A stretch of DNA of 42,270 nt from Candidatus Zixiibacteriota bacterium (GTDB lineage Bacteria > Zixibacteria > MSB-5A5 > GN15 > FEB-12). The stretch is taken from NCBI GenBank assembly GCA_024278515.1, contig JAJRTA010000121.1:1-42270 (forward strand). Direction: 5' to 3'. Shown piece after piece: positions 20,501 to 28,562 of this stretch (position 1 is the first letter of the stretch; each line of letters starts with the position of its first letter). The notes under the pieces were generated by a model that saw only the letters and a list, made by a program, of their open reading frames with translations, made no database searches and was not told the DNA's origin. A program made the position numbers and the translations under genes.

Positions 20501-20664
20501 TGGGGAATGGAAAGCGTATATGCGGCAGTGATGAATTCGCCGCAGTCCCAGAACGATAAAGTGACATGTTTGGTCATCCAGTAGACGACCATTGCCGCAA
20601 TCCAGACAAAAGCCCCGATCAGAGCGTTGGTTTGGTCGAATTCTTTGTCGAAATATAGTTTCAT
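17548..20664 (-). pseudogene. DUF2723/TMEM260-like GT-C membrane protein with C-terminal TPR-like repeats, interrupted by an in-frame TAG at 19129-19131
   Basis: TLSFWDCGEF...IPHPPGSPLY, EAEVY, EVRERDYFF, FTNGDNDTFPLW. ORFs 19129..20664 and 17548..19086 share a frame and read MGF*HFFQKQYGLTGPRFVIL. Confidence 0.88.
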
Positions 20665-20743
20665 CAGCGTAATCCGGTCCCGCCCACGTTGCTATAATCC
20701 TCCAGCGTGGCTGGGGACCGAACGGGAACAGTCAAAGGGCCGA

Positions 20744-20771
20744 AATATAGCAGTTTTTGATGATGTGTAAA
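20744..20771 (-). promoter_or_regulatory. Sigma-70-like promoter of the glycosylation operon
   Basis: TTTACA-N16-TATATT with an extended -10 TG on the minus strand. Confidence 0.5.
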
Positions 20772-20833
20772 GGTTGTTTTCCGGGACTCCGAATTGCCGA
20801 CTTGCCTCACAGAAATGTTATCAAGAAATGTTT

Positions 20834-20927
20834 TGTGGCAGACATACGTCCCGTGCGCCGACAATGGCCTAACCGGCCTATCCTATGCGTTGCGTACGTC
20901 CTCGTGCACAGCGTGAACTCTGCCACA
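20834..20927. repeat. REP-like element, related to the copy at about 25969-26023
   Basis: Terminal inverted repeat tgtggcaga(20834-20842)/tctgccaca(20919-20927); the 17-mer at 20847-20863 is the exact reverse complement of 25994-26010. Confidence 0.55.
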
Positions 20928-20975
20928 CCTGCACCTGTCGACGGCGATGTCAAAACTTAATGGAGCAGGCGATAT

Positions 20976-21404
20976 TCATATACGGCCGACTTTGGACAGA
21001 TTCTTCACGTACTGGTCCAGAATACCGTTGACGAATGCAGAACTCTCAACCGTCGAGAACTTCTTGGCCAGCTCTATCGCCTCGTTAAGGACGACCTTGA
21101 CCGGCACATCAACCATGTGATCAAGCTCGACAATAGCCAGCCTGAGAATATTACGGTCAATCAATGCCATCCGTTCGATCTTCCAGTTGGTGGCCAGCCC
21201 GGCGATAATCTCGTCCGCCCGGGCCGCGTGCTCACGCACCAGACCGAACAGCTTTACGGCATAGTCACGCGACCGCTCGGACGGCGCGTCATCCTCGGAA
21301 GCAATTTCAAACAGGTCGTCGTTCGGCTGGGCCTCGCCGCACTCGACGGCATACAACGCCTGCAAGACCAGTTCACGGGCGGCGGTACGCGGAGATTCGG
21401 ACAT
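20976..21404 (-). CDS. nusB: Transcription antitermination factor NusB
   Basis: RTAARELVLQALY, IDRNILRLA, NEAIELAKKF, FVNGILD; follows ribH. Confidence 0.95.
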   Translation of the reverse strand: MSESPRTAARELVLQALYAVECGEAQPNDDLFEIASEDDAPSERSRDYAVKLFGLVREHAARADEIIAGLATNWKIERMALIDRNILRLAIVELDHMVDVPVKVVLNEAIELAKKFSTVESSAFVNGILDQYVKNLSKVGRI

Positions 21405-21406
21405 AC

Positions 21407-21877
21407 TTAAGCCATCGCTTTGTACAGGTTGACCATTTCAATCGCGCTCTGGGCCGCATCCCATCCCTTATTGCCCGCCTTGGTGCCCACCCGTTCGATC
21501 GCCTGCTCCAGAGTATCGGCAGTCACGATACCATAGACGACCGGGATACCGGAATCAAGGGCGATTTTCGCGATACCTTTGGCCGATTCGTTGGCGATGT
21601 AGTCAAAATGCGGCGTATCACCACGAATCACAGCACCAAGACAAACAACCGCATCGTAGTTGCCGCTCCGGGCCATTTTGGCGGCGGCATAGGGTATCTC
21701 GAACGCGCCGGGTACGTAAGCGACCGTAAAGTTGTCTTCATCACCGCCATGACGCCTGAGACAGTCGAGCGCGCCGTCACACAGTTTGTCGGTCAGGAAG
21801 TGATTGAACCGTCCGACGATAATCCCGATTTTCAGCCCGGAAGCATCCAGGTTTCCTTCGATTACTTTATGACTCAT
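21407..21877 (-). CDS. ribH: 6,7-dimethyl-8-ribityllumazine synthase
   Basis: [32 protein letters not shown]. Confidence 0.97.
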   Translation of the reverse strand: MSHKVIEGNLDASGLKIGIIVGRFNHFLTDKLCDGALDCLRRHGGDEDNFTVAYVPGAFEIPYAAAKMARSGNYDAVVCLGAVIRGDTPHFDYIANESAKGIAKIALDSGIPVVYGIVTADTLEQAIERVGTKAGNKGWDAAQSAIEMVNLYKAMA

Positions 21878-21894
21878 TTTTCTTTCTCTCCTGC

Positions 21895-23115
21895 CTATTT
21901 GAGATTGAGCAGATGTCCCAACTTGTCTCGTTTGGTTTGCAGATATGCCTGATTGTATTCCGAGGGTTTACTTTCCAGCGACAGTCGTTCGGTTATTTCA
22001 AGACCGTAACCCTGGAGGCCGACCACTTTGCGCGGGTTGTTGGTCAAAAGACGTATCGAAGACAGCCCGAGATCGACCAGTATCTGCGCCCCGATACCAT
22101 AGTCGCGAAGATCGGCTTCGAACCCGAGTTCTTCGTTGGCCTCGACCGTATCCCGACCGGCCTCCTGAAGTTTGTAGGCGAGGATTTTGTTCACCAGGCC
22201 TATCCCCCGCCCTTCCTGACGCATATACAGGATGACCCCTTTGCCTTCCTCTTCGACCCGGCGCATGGCGGTATGAAGCTGGCTGCCGCAGTCACAGCGA
22301 CGACTGGCGAAAACATCACCGGTCGGACAACTCGAATGCACTCGCACGAGGACATCCTTTGCTCCCGACACATCACCTTTGGTTAAAGCGAGGTGATGAT
22401 GATCATCAGTCTCCGAACGGTACAGGTGGAGTTTGAAATGTCCGTAGTCGGTGGGAAGATCGACAGTTTCCACTTTTTTGACCAGTTTTTCGGTTCGAAT
22501 ACGATAGGCAATCAGATCACGGATCGATATCAGCTTGAGGTCGTGTTCTTCGCACATCTGCTTGAGACGGGGCAGGCGGGCCATACTGCCGTCATCATCC
22601 ATGATCTCACACAGCACTGCTGTCGGTGAGAATCCGGCCAGACGGGCCAGGTCGGTGGAAGCCTCCGTGTGACCGGCGCGAGTGAGAACACCACCCGGCA
22701 GGGCGCGAATCGGGAAAATATGCCCGGGGCGGGCCAGGTCATCGGGGACGGTTTTTTCATCAGCCAGCACCCGAATAGTCAGGGCGCGATCGAAAGCCGA
22801 GATACCGGTAGTCGTGCCTTTTCTGGCGTCCACCGAGACGGTAAAACGAGTGCCCAAAAGGGCGGTGTTCTGTTCGGTCATCGGGTGCAGGTCGAGTTGT
22901 TCGATTCGTTCGGTGGTCATGCACACACATACCAGGCCGCGTCCATATTTGGACATGAAATTGACATGCTCCGCGGTGACTTTGTCGGCCGCCATGATAA
23001 GATCGCCTTCGTTCTCGCGATCCTCGTCGTCGACCACGACCACGAATTTCCCGGCCTTTATATCTTCTATCGCTTCTTCAATCGTGTCCAGGGCAATCGA
23101 GTTGTCGTTATTCAT
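21895..23115 (-). CDS. ribBA: Bifunctional DHBP synthase/GTP cyclohydrolase II
   Basis: [34 protein letters not shown]...[18 protein letters not shown]. Confidence 0.96.
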   Translation of the reverse strand: MNNDNSIALDTIEEAIEDIKAGKFVVVVDDEDRENEGDLIMAADKVTAEHVNFMSKYGRGLVCVCMTTERIEQLDLHPMTEQNTALLGTRFTVSVDARKGTTTGISAFDRALTIRVLADEKTVPDDLARPGHIFPIRALPGGVLTRAGHTEASTDLARLAGFSPTAVLCEIMDDDGSMARLPRLKQMCEEHDLKLISIRDLIAYRIRTEKLVKKVETVDLPTDYGHFKLHLYRSETDDHHHLALTKGDVSGAKDVLVRVHSSCPTGDVFASRRCDCGSQLHTAMRRVEEEGKGVILYMRQEGRGIGLVNKILAYKLQEAGRDTVEANEELGFEADLRDYGIGAQILVDLGLSSIRLLTNNPRKVVGLQGYGLEITERLSLESKPSEYNQAYLQTKRDKLGHLLNLK

Positions 23116-23118
23116 CAG

Positions 23119-23754
23119 TTACCATCCGCTTTCAAACAGTTTCTCTTTCGTCAGACCTTCACTTTTCGGAAGCCGGCCGGATTTCAGGATGTATTTCCCT
23201 ATCATATCGAACTCAAGATTAACAGAGTTGTGAGGTTTAAGTTTCAAAAGATTTGTAGCGCTTAAAGTATGGGGAATCAGGTTGACGGTTAAAGCGCCGG
23301 ACTCCACACTGTTCACGGTCAGCGACACACCGTCAACAGCGATGGATCCTTTTTCGATCACCAAAGGATCGAAACGGGGATCAAAACCGATAGTCAACTC
23401 CACAGAGTCACCTGTTTTCTGAATCCTGGTCAGCTTTCCCACGTCATCCACATGACCGCTGACAATATGACCGCCCATCCGATCACCGACTTTGAGCGCG
23501 CGCTCAAGATTGACGACAGACCCGGTCTGATAGCCGCCGAGCCTGGTCCGCCTCTGTGTTTCCGTGGACGCTTCCACCCAGAAGGAGTCATGGTCGATTT
23601 TCACCACGGTGAGACAGGCGCCATCGCAGGCTACGGATTCACCTATAGTCAGCTCGGAGGTATCAATGTCCGAATTGATCCGAAGAATTCTGTAATCGTT
23701 GCGCCGATTGATTTCAAGAATACGCCCGGTGGTTTCAATCAGACCCGTGAACAT
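23119..23754 (-). CDS. ribE: Riboflavin synthase alpha chain
   Basis: MFTGLIE, GACLTV, GGHIVSGHVD, KGSIAVDGVSLTV. Confidence 0.96.
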   Translation of the reverse strand: MFTGLIETTGRILEINRRNDYRILRINSDIDTSELTIGESVACDGACLTVVKIDHDSFWVEASTETQRRTRLGGYQTGSVVNLERALKVGDRMGGHIVSGHVDDVGKLTRIQKTGDSVELTIGFDPRFDPLVIEKGSIAVDGVSLTVNSVESGALTVNLIPHTLSATNLLKLKPHNSVNLEFDMIGKYILKSGRLPKSEGLTKEKLFESGW

Positions 23755-23755
23755 T

Positions 23756-24862
23756 TTATTTGCTCCTTTGGGGATAACCTATAATAGCCAGATCCTTCCC
23801 CAGGGTGATAGTTGTTGTGTGTTCCAGTCGTACTGAATCGATCACTCTTTTAACTCCGAAACCGGTGACCGAGTTCACCCCCTCACCGATAATCATCGGA
23901 GCGACAACGAAAACATACTTGTCAACCAGTCCGGCCTTGACAAACGAACCGGCCAGGCGGGAGCCGCCCTCGACAAGAAGCGACTGCAAACCGAACCGGT
24001 CAGCCTTTTCCACAAGGTCATTGAGGTCGATCATACCCTGTCGTGTTTTTTTCAGTTTCCAGTATGTCAGCGATACTTTGCCTGAATCTGTTCGGGCGCG
24101 ACGATTCGGAACAGCGCCGGTGGCGATTATCGTGCGGCCGTCATCGTTGAGCATAAGAAGCCGGGAATTCCCCGGTAGTTTGGGATCAGAAGTAACAACC
24201 ACCCGGTAAGGGTTCCTGCCTTTGACATGCCGAACGGTCAGGGCCGGATTGTCATGCAGTACAGTACCGCGTCCCACCACCACGGCATCCGATTGGGCCC
24301 GTAACTGGTGGGCCAGTTTCCGGGCAGGCTTGCCGGTGATCCATCGAGATTCCCCGCTGCTCACGGCGATACGGCCGTCCAGGCTTTGCGCCAGCTTCAG
24401 GGTAACAAAAGGACGACCATTATCATGATAGCCGAAATACTGTTCGTTCAGTTGGCGGGCTTGATCAGCCATCAGATTTCCCCGGACTTCAACCCCTGCC
24501 TTTTTGAGTACTCGCGCCCCGCGTCCGTTAACCCGGCGGTCAGGGTCTTTTACCGCAAAGACTACCTGCCTGATACCAGCTTTGATAATTGCCTCGGTAC
24601 ACGGTTTGGTAAGGCCGGTATGGCAGCATGGCTCCAGCGAGACATACAGAGTTGCTCCCTGACAGCGCATCTTTGCTTTGCGCATAGCTTCAATTTCGGC
24701 GTGGGGACGTCCCGCCGCATGATGGTAACCCTCACCGATAATCTTACCGTTTTTTACTACTACCGCGCCGACCATCGGGTTGGGGCTGGTATACCCCCGG
24801 GCTTTTTCGGCTAATTCAAGAGCGCGTTTCATGAATCTCTGGTCGGCGGCTTCACTGGCCAC
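23756..24862 (-). CDS. ribD: Bifunctional diaminohydroxyphosphoribosylaminopyrimidine deaminase/reductase
   Basis: PNPMVGAV, HAE, LEPCCH..PC, SLDGRIA, LLVEGG. Start is GTG 24862 or ATG 24832; the ORF-track extension to 25048 runs through the riboswitch. Confidence 0.95.
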   Translation of the reverse strand: MASEAADQRFMKRALELAEKARGYTSPNPMVGAVVVKNGKIIGEGYHHAAGRPHAEIEAMRKAKMRCQGATLYVSLEPCCHTGLTKPCTEAIIKAGIRQVVFAVKDPDRRVNGRGARVLKKAGVEVRGNLMADQARQLNEQYFGYHDNGRPFVTLKLAQSLDGRIAVSSGESRWITGKPARKLAHQLRAQSDAVVVGRGTVLHDNPALTVRHVKGRNPYRVVVTSDPKLPGNSRLLMLNDDGRTIIATGAVPNRRARTDSGKVSLTYWKLKKTRQGMIDLNDLVEKADRFGLQSLLVEGGSRLAGSFVKAGLVDKYVFVVAPMIIGEGVNSVTGFGVKRVIDSVRLEHTTTITLGKDLAIIGYPQRSK

Positions 24863-24890
24863 AAAAAAACCCCATCGCATATTTCGGGGC
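24863..24890 (-). terminator. Riboswitch expression platform (terminator/SD-sequestering hairpin)
   Basis: GCCCCG-aaatatgcga-TGGGGT followed by a T run directly before the ribD GTG. Confidence 0.65.
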
Positions 24891-24940
24891 GCATACACAG
24901 ACACCGTCAGCACGGTTCTGCCAGAGCAAGAATCGTCATG

Positions 24941-25057
24941 ATCTTCTCTCATCCGGACTATTGCCGTCGGCGCCTGAATTTCACAGACTCTGCTGATGAC
25001 TTCATCAGCTCGCGGGCTGTAACCGCCGGTCGAGGAATTCCACCTCACCCCGAAGAT
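24941..25057 (-). ncRNA. FMN riboswitch (RFN element)
   Basis: Minus strand reads ATCTTCGGGGTGAGGTGGAATTCCTCGACCGGCGGT..AGCCCGCGAG...GTGAAATTC..GCCGACGG..ATAGTCCGGATGAGAGAAGAT, upstream of ribD. Confidence 0.97.
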
Positions 25058-25068
25058 TTATAGAGCGA

Positions 25069-25096
25069 AATATAAGTTACTGCCGGGAATTGGCAA
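25069..25096 (-). promoter_or_regulatory. Sigma-70-like promoter of the rib operon
   Basis: TTGCCA-N16-TATATT about 12 nt upstream of the riboswitch. Confidence 0.6.
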
Positions 25097-25201
25097 GTGA
25101 ATTCAGCAAAACATACCAGCTCGGCTTGATATCCGTAGTAGTCCAATTATATCATGCTGTCATCCAGTCATGAACTGACTGATTGAGCCTGTCGACTCCG
25201 T

Positions 25202-25723
25202 TCAGAAATCCATATTGGCCGGCTCGAAGTATTCGCGGGCATGTCCGCAACTCGGGCATTTGGCGGGCGGCTCGGTCCCCTCGTGAATAAAGCCGCAGAC
25301 CGAACACTTCCACTTGATCTTTTTTTCGCGCTTGAAGACAGTACCGTTTTCGACCATTTCAAGAAGTTTAAGGAATCGGTCGCGATGGTGCGCTTCGATC
25401 CCGGCGATAACTTTGAACAGAGCGGCGGCTTTCTTGTTGCCCTCCTCGGCTGCTTCCTTTGCAAAAGTGGGATACATTTCGGTGCTTTCGTAATTTTCAC
25501 CTTCAGCCGCGGCCCGTAAATTGGCCGCGGTATCACCGATGCCTCCCAGCATCGCGAACTGATCCTTGGCGTGACGTTTTTCATTCTCGGCCGTTTCTTC
25601 GAAGATTTTGGCGATGTAATGGTAGCCCTCTTTGCGGGCGACCTTGGCCCAGATAGTGTATTTGTTGCGCGCTTCCGATTCACCGGCGAATGCAGCTTTC
25701 AGGTTCTTCTCTGTTTTGCTCAT
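25202..25723 (-). CDS. rbr: Rubrerythrin
   Basis: NLKAAFAGESEARNKY, ExxH motifs, C-terminal rubredoxin-like WKCSVCG...CPSCG. Confidence 0.95.
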   Translation of the reverse strand: MSKTEKNLKAAFAGESEARNKYTIWAKVARKEGYHYIAKIFEETAENEKRHAKDQFAMLGGIGDTAANLRAAAEGENYESTEMYPTFAKEAAEEGNKKAAALFKVIAGIEAHHRDRFLKLLEMVENGTVFKREKKIKWKCSVCGFIHEGTEPPAKCPSCGHAREYFEPANMDF

Positions 25724-25799
25724 GGTATTCCTCTTTGTCTTTTTGTCTGCATGAGCAGTCTAACGCTTTCGGAAGGTGATGTCAACTCGAACAGGAAGA

Positions 25800-25818
25800 T
25801 ATAATATCGTTCATTATG
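25800..25818. promoter_or_regulatory. Fur/PerR-family box upstream of rubrerythrin
   Basis: tATAAT-atcgttc-ATTATg has the same ATAAT-N7-ATTAT geometry as the Fur consensus GATAATGATAATCATTATC. Confidence 0.55.
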
Positions 25819-25842
25819 ACAACAATAATAATCGTGTCATGC

Positions 25843-26142
25843 TGTCATGCAGGGAAACAAATGTCCCTGGATTCCGGGGCAGGGCCCGGAATGACGCTCA
25901 GTGGAAGCGTCCTCATAACTCGCCTTGCCAGTTGGTGGCAGCCCTTCAGAGCGGGGGGATATTTCGTGCGTAGTGGACGTCCCTGTCCCTTCGTGTCGGC
26001 GCACGGGACGCACGCAGACCACGGACACAAGTCGTCTTGCCGGATCTGATCCGGCATCCACTTCTATTTCATGTCATACTGAACTTGATTCAGCATCCAT
26101 GAAACAAATGCACATGGATTCAGGGGCCGACCTGGAATAACG
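25843..26142. repeat. Cluster of CGTC/TGTC-tagged REP-like palindromes
   Basis: 25843-25896 and 26072-26142 share tgtcat...gaaacaaatg....tggattc.gggg...ggaat.acg; cgtcttgccggatctgatccggcatcca lies at 26033-26060. Confidence 0.65.
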
Positions 26143-26151
26143 TTCAGGTTC

Positions 26152-27252
26152 CTAAATCGTGAACTTGCCGTTTTTATAAATGACCTTGCCGTCAGCGGTG
26201 ATCTGCGCGTTTTTTTTCAAATCGCAAACCATATCCCAGTGTAGAACGCTGTTATTCTTACCACCTGCTTCGGGGATGCTTTTGCCGACTGCGAGGTGGC
26301 AGGCACCGCCGATCTTTTCATCGAAAAGAATACTTGTCGAGGACCGCTTTATCTGGTAATTGGTCCCGATGGCAACCTCGCCGAGAAAGCGCGCGCCCTT
26401 ATCCATGTTAAGCATGGCGGTCAGGTAGTTCTGATTCTTACCGGCAGACTCGGCGATCACTTTCCCCTTTTTGAATTCCAGGCGAACATCCTCGACCTCA
26501 CGTCCGCCGTATACGGCCGGGTAACTGTACCGGATGTATCCTTCCGCCGAGTCTTCGATCGGACTGGTGAACACTTCGCCATCGGGGAAGTTCTCGGTAC
26601 CGGCGCAGTTGATCCACTTGCGGCCTTTGACCCGCAATTTCAGGTCCGTATCTTTCGACTGTATATGAATCCTGTCAAACCGGTTGAGTATTTTGACCAG
26701 GCGGGCTTGTTCCTTGTGAACTTTTCGCCAGTGCGCAACCGGGTCACGGGCATCGATATGACCCGCTCCATAGACAAAATCTTCATAGTCCGATAACGAC
26801 ATCTCGGCTTCCTGCGCATCGGCCGGAGTCGGAAACTGTGTCCCCACCCAGCTCAGCTCTTTGGCCGAGACCCGTTTGAAAAAAGTATCAAACACTTTCT
26901 TGGTGGCCAGGCGGGCCAGCGCCTGTCGTTTCGGATCAACACCCGACATATTCCGCGTATTCTCAGAACCCCAGATGCCGATATAGGCATCTATCTTTTT
27001 GATTTCCATCGCGGCCATCGGCGGCAGGTATTTCAACTGAGCGTCGCTGCCCAGTTTCAACATAACCTCCTCGTTGTCCGGCACCCGGATCTGGGTGTAA
27101 GGGTGTGCGCCGACTTTGACAGCTTCTTTATAGACCGCTTTTATCAAAGGCAGGGCGGCGGTTTCGCCAACGATCTTGACCAGTTGCCCTTTCTTGAGAG
27201 AAACAGAATAGTGCACCAGCACCCTGGCCAGTTTTTCAATACGTGGATCCAT
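26152..27252 (-). CDS. Aminopeptidase, M29 (AmpS/AmpT) family
   Basis: LARVLVHYSV, NFPDGEVFTSP, GEVAIG, LFDEKIGG.CHLAVG, HWDMV. Confidence 0.93.
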   Translation of the reverse strand: MDPRIEKLARVLVHYSVSLKKGQLVKIVGETAALPLIKAVYKEAVKVGAHPYTQIRVPDNEEVMLKLGSDAQLKYLPPMAAMEIKKIDAYIGIWGSENTRNMSGVDPKRQALARLATKKVFDTFFKRVSAKELSWVGTQFPTPADAQEAEMSLSDYEDFVYGAGHIDARDPVAHWRKVHKEQARLVKILNRFDRIHIQSKDTDLKLRVKGRKWINCAGTENFPDGEVFTSPIEDSAEGYIRYSYPAVYGGREVEDVRLEFKKGKVIAESAGKNQNYLTAMLNMDKGARFLGEVAIGTNYQIKRSSTSILFDEKIGGACHLAVGKSIPEAGGKNNSVLHWDMVCDLKKNAQITADGKVIYKNGKFTI

Positions 27253-27303
27253 CGAGATTCTCCATTCGCAGTCAGGTTACAATAACAACCCGAACCCGGC
27301 CGG

Positions 27304-27807
27304 TTACGACCTTCGTTCTTCGAGTTTCAACAATTTCTTCTTGAGCACAGGACCACCGCCGTAACCACCCAAACCGTTAGCCGCAACAACACGATGACAG
27401 GGGATAACCAGCGGCAGGTTGTTTTTCGCATTGGCGCCGCCGACCGCCCGCGCCGCTTTGGGACTACCGATCGCACGGGCAATGTCACCGTATGTGCGTG
27501 TCCGGCCATACGGAATCCGGGCAACCTCTTCCAATGCTTTCTTCTGAAAAACAGTACCGTTAATCTGTAGCGGCAGGTCGAACTTAAACAGTCTTCCCTC
27601 AAGATAGGCCGTGATCTGTTTCTGCGCTTCCCTATTGACAGGACCGCCTGCAAAGCGGACATGATCTTTGAACATAGTATTTAGTATGGTTTCAACTCTT
27701 TTCTCCGACTCAGCGGGCAGAGCGATCAGAACCAGCCTGTTGTCGGTTGCGACAGTGCGAACGAAACCGACAGGAGTATCGAAAGAGTTGAAAAACAGTT
27801 TTTTCAT
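27304..27807 (-). CDS. ogt: Methylated-DNA-[protein]-cysteine S-methyltransferase
   Basis: GTVFQ, IPYGRTRTYG, ARAVG, IPCHRV active site. Confidence 0.93.
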   Translation of the reverse strand: MKKLFFNSFDTPVGFVRTVATDNRLVLIALPAESEKRVETILNTMFKDHVRFAGGPVNREAQKQITAYLEGRLFKFDLPLQINGTVFQKKALEEVARIPYGRTRTYGDIARAIGSPKAARAVGGANAKNNLPLVIPCHRVVAANGLGGYGGGPVLKKKLLKLEERRS

Positions 27808-27922
27808 TATTTCACAATGTTCAACGTTCGCTCACCTGTCACATGATCGCCTCGTTCAGAGTCCGGTACAATCACATCCCAGGCTGTTCACTCTCTTCCG
27901 GTTTATCCCCAATAATCCATAA

Positions 27923-28561
27923 TCAGTCGATCCCAAGTAACGAAGGCAACCGGTCAATGCTTTGAACAAAATGATCAGGCTCCGACGCAATCAGTTCTTC
28001 ACTATTACCGTACGGCGATGCGACCGCCGTGACCGCCATCGGCACCGCTTTGGCCGCAAGTACATCGTTGATAGTGTCGCCTACTACCATAGTCCGGGTC
28101 GGGTCTGCTCCAAGACGATCCAGCGTAATCTGAAATATCGCCGGATCCGGTTTGAAACGTTCCGCTTCGTCCCCGCCTACGATAACATCGAAGTACTCGC
28201 CCCAGCCCAGCTTATTGATTATTCCGTCAACGTGCATTCTTATCTTGGTCGTGGCCACCGCCAGTTTGAGATCGGTCCCGGCAAGGCGTTCCAGCAGCTT
28301 TTCCACGTGCGGCAGAGCGACAGAAGACCTGACCACAGATTCGGCCGCTTTCACTCCGAAGTGAGCGTATAGTTCGTCGTATGGCGCATCGGTGAAATCC
28401 GGATACATCTGTTCCAGAGGATACCCGATGTATGGTTTAATGACTTCCGGCGGCTGTTCTTCGGCGCCGACCTGCCTGAGTGAGTAGTTGACCGCTTCGA
28501 CGACACCATCAGAAGAATCAATCAGGGTACCGTCAAGGTCGAAGATCAAGTGCTTATACAT
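27923..28561 (-). CDS. HAD-family phosphatase (phosphoglycolate phosphatase-like)
   Basis: IFDLDGTLIDS, ATTK, KPDP, VGDTINDV. Confidence 0.9.
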   Translation of the reverse strand: MYKHLIFDLDGTLIDSSDGVVEAVNYSLRQVGAEEQPPEVIKPYIGYPLEQMYPDFTDAPYDELYAHFGVKAAESVVRSSVALPHVEKLLERLAGTDLKLAVATTKIRMHVDGIINKLGWGEYFDVIVGGDEAERFKPDPAIFQITLDRLGADPTRTMVVGDTINDVLAAKAVPMAVTAVASPYGNSEELIASEPDHFVQSIDRLPSLLGID

Positions 28562-28562
28562 A

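Noticed and set aside
24863-25048. N-terminal extension of RibD
   Set aside because: This sequence is the FMN riboswitch and its expression platform.
25776-26142. CRISPR array or small protein genes in the repeat cluster
   Set aside because: Repeats are degenerate, palindromic and irregularly spaced, no cas genes are present, and the ORFs on both strands lack SDs or motifs.
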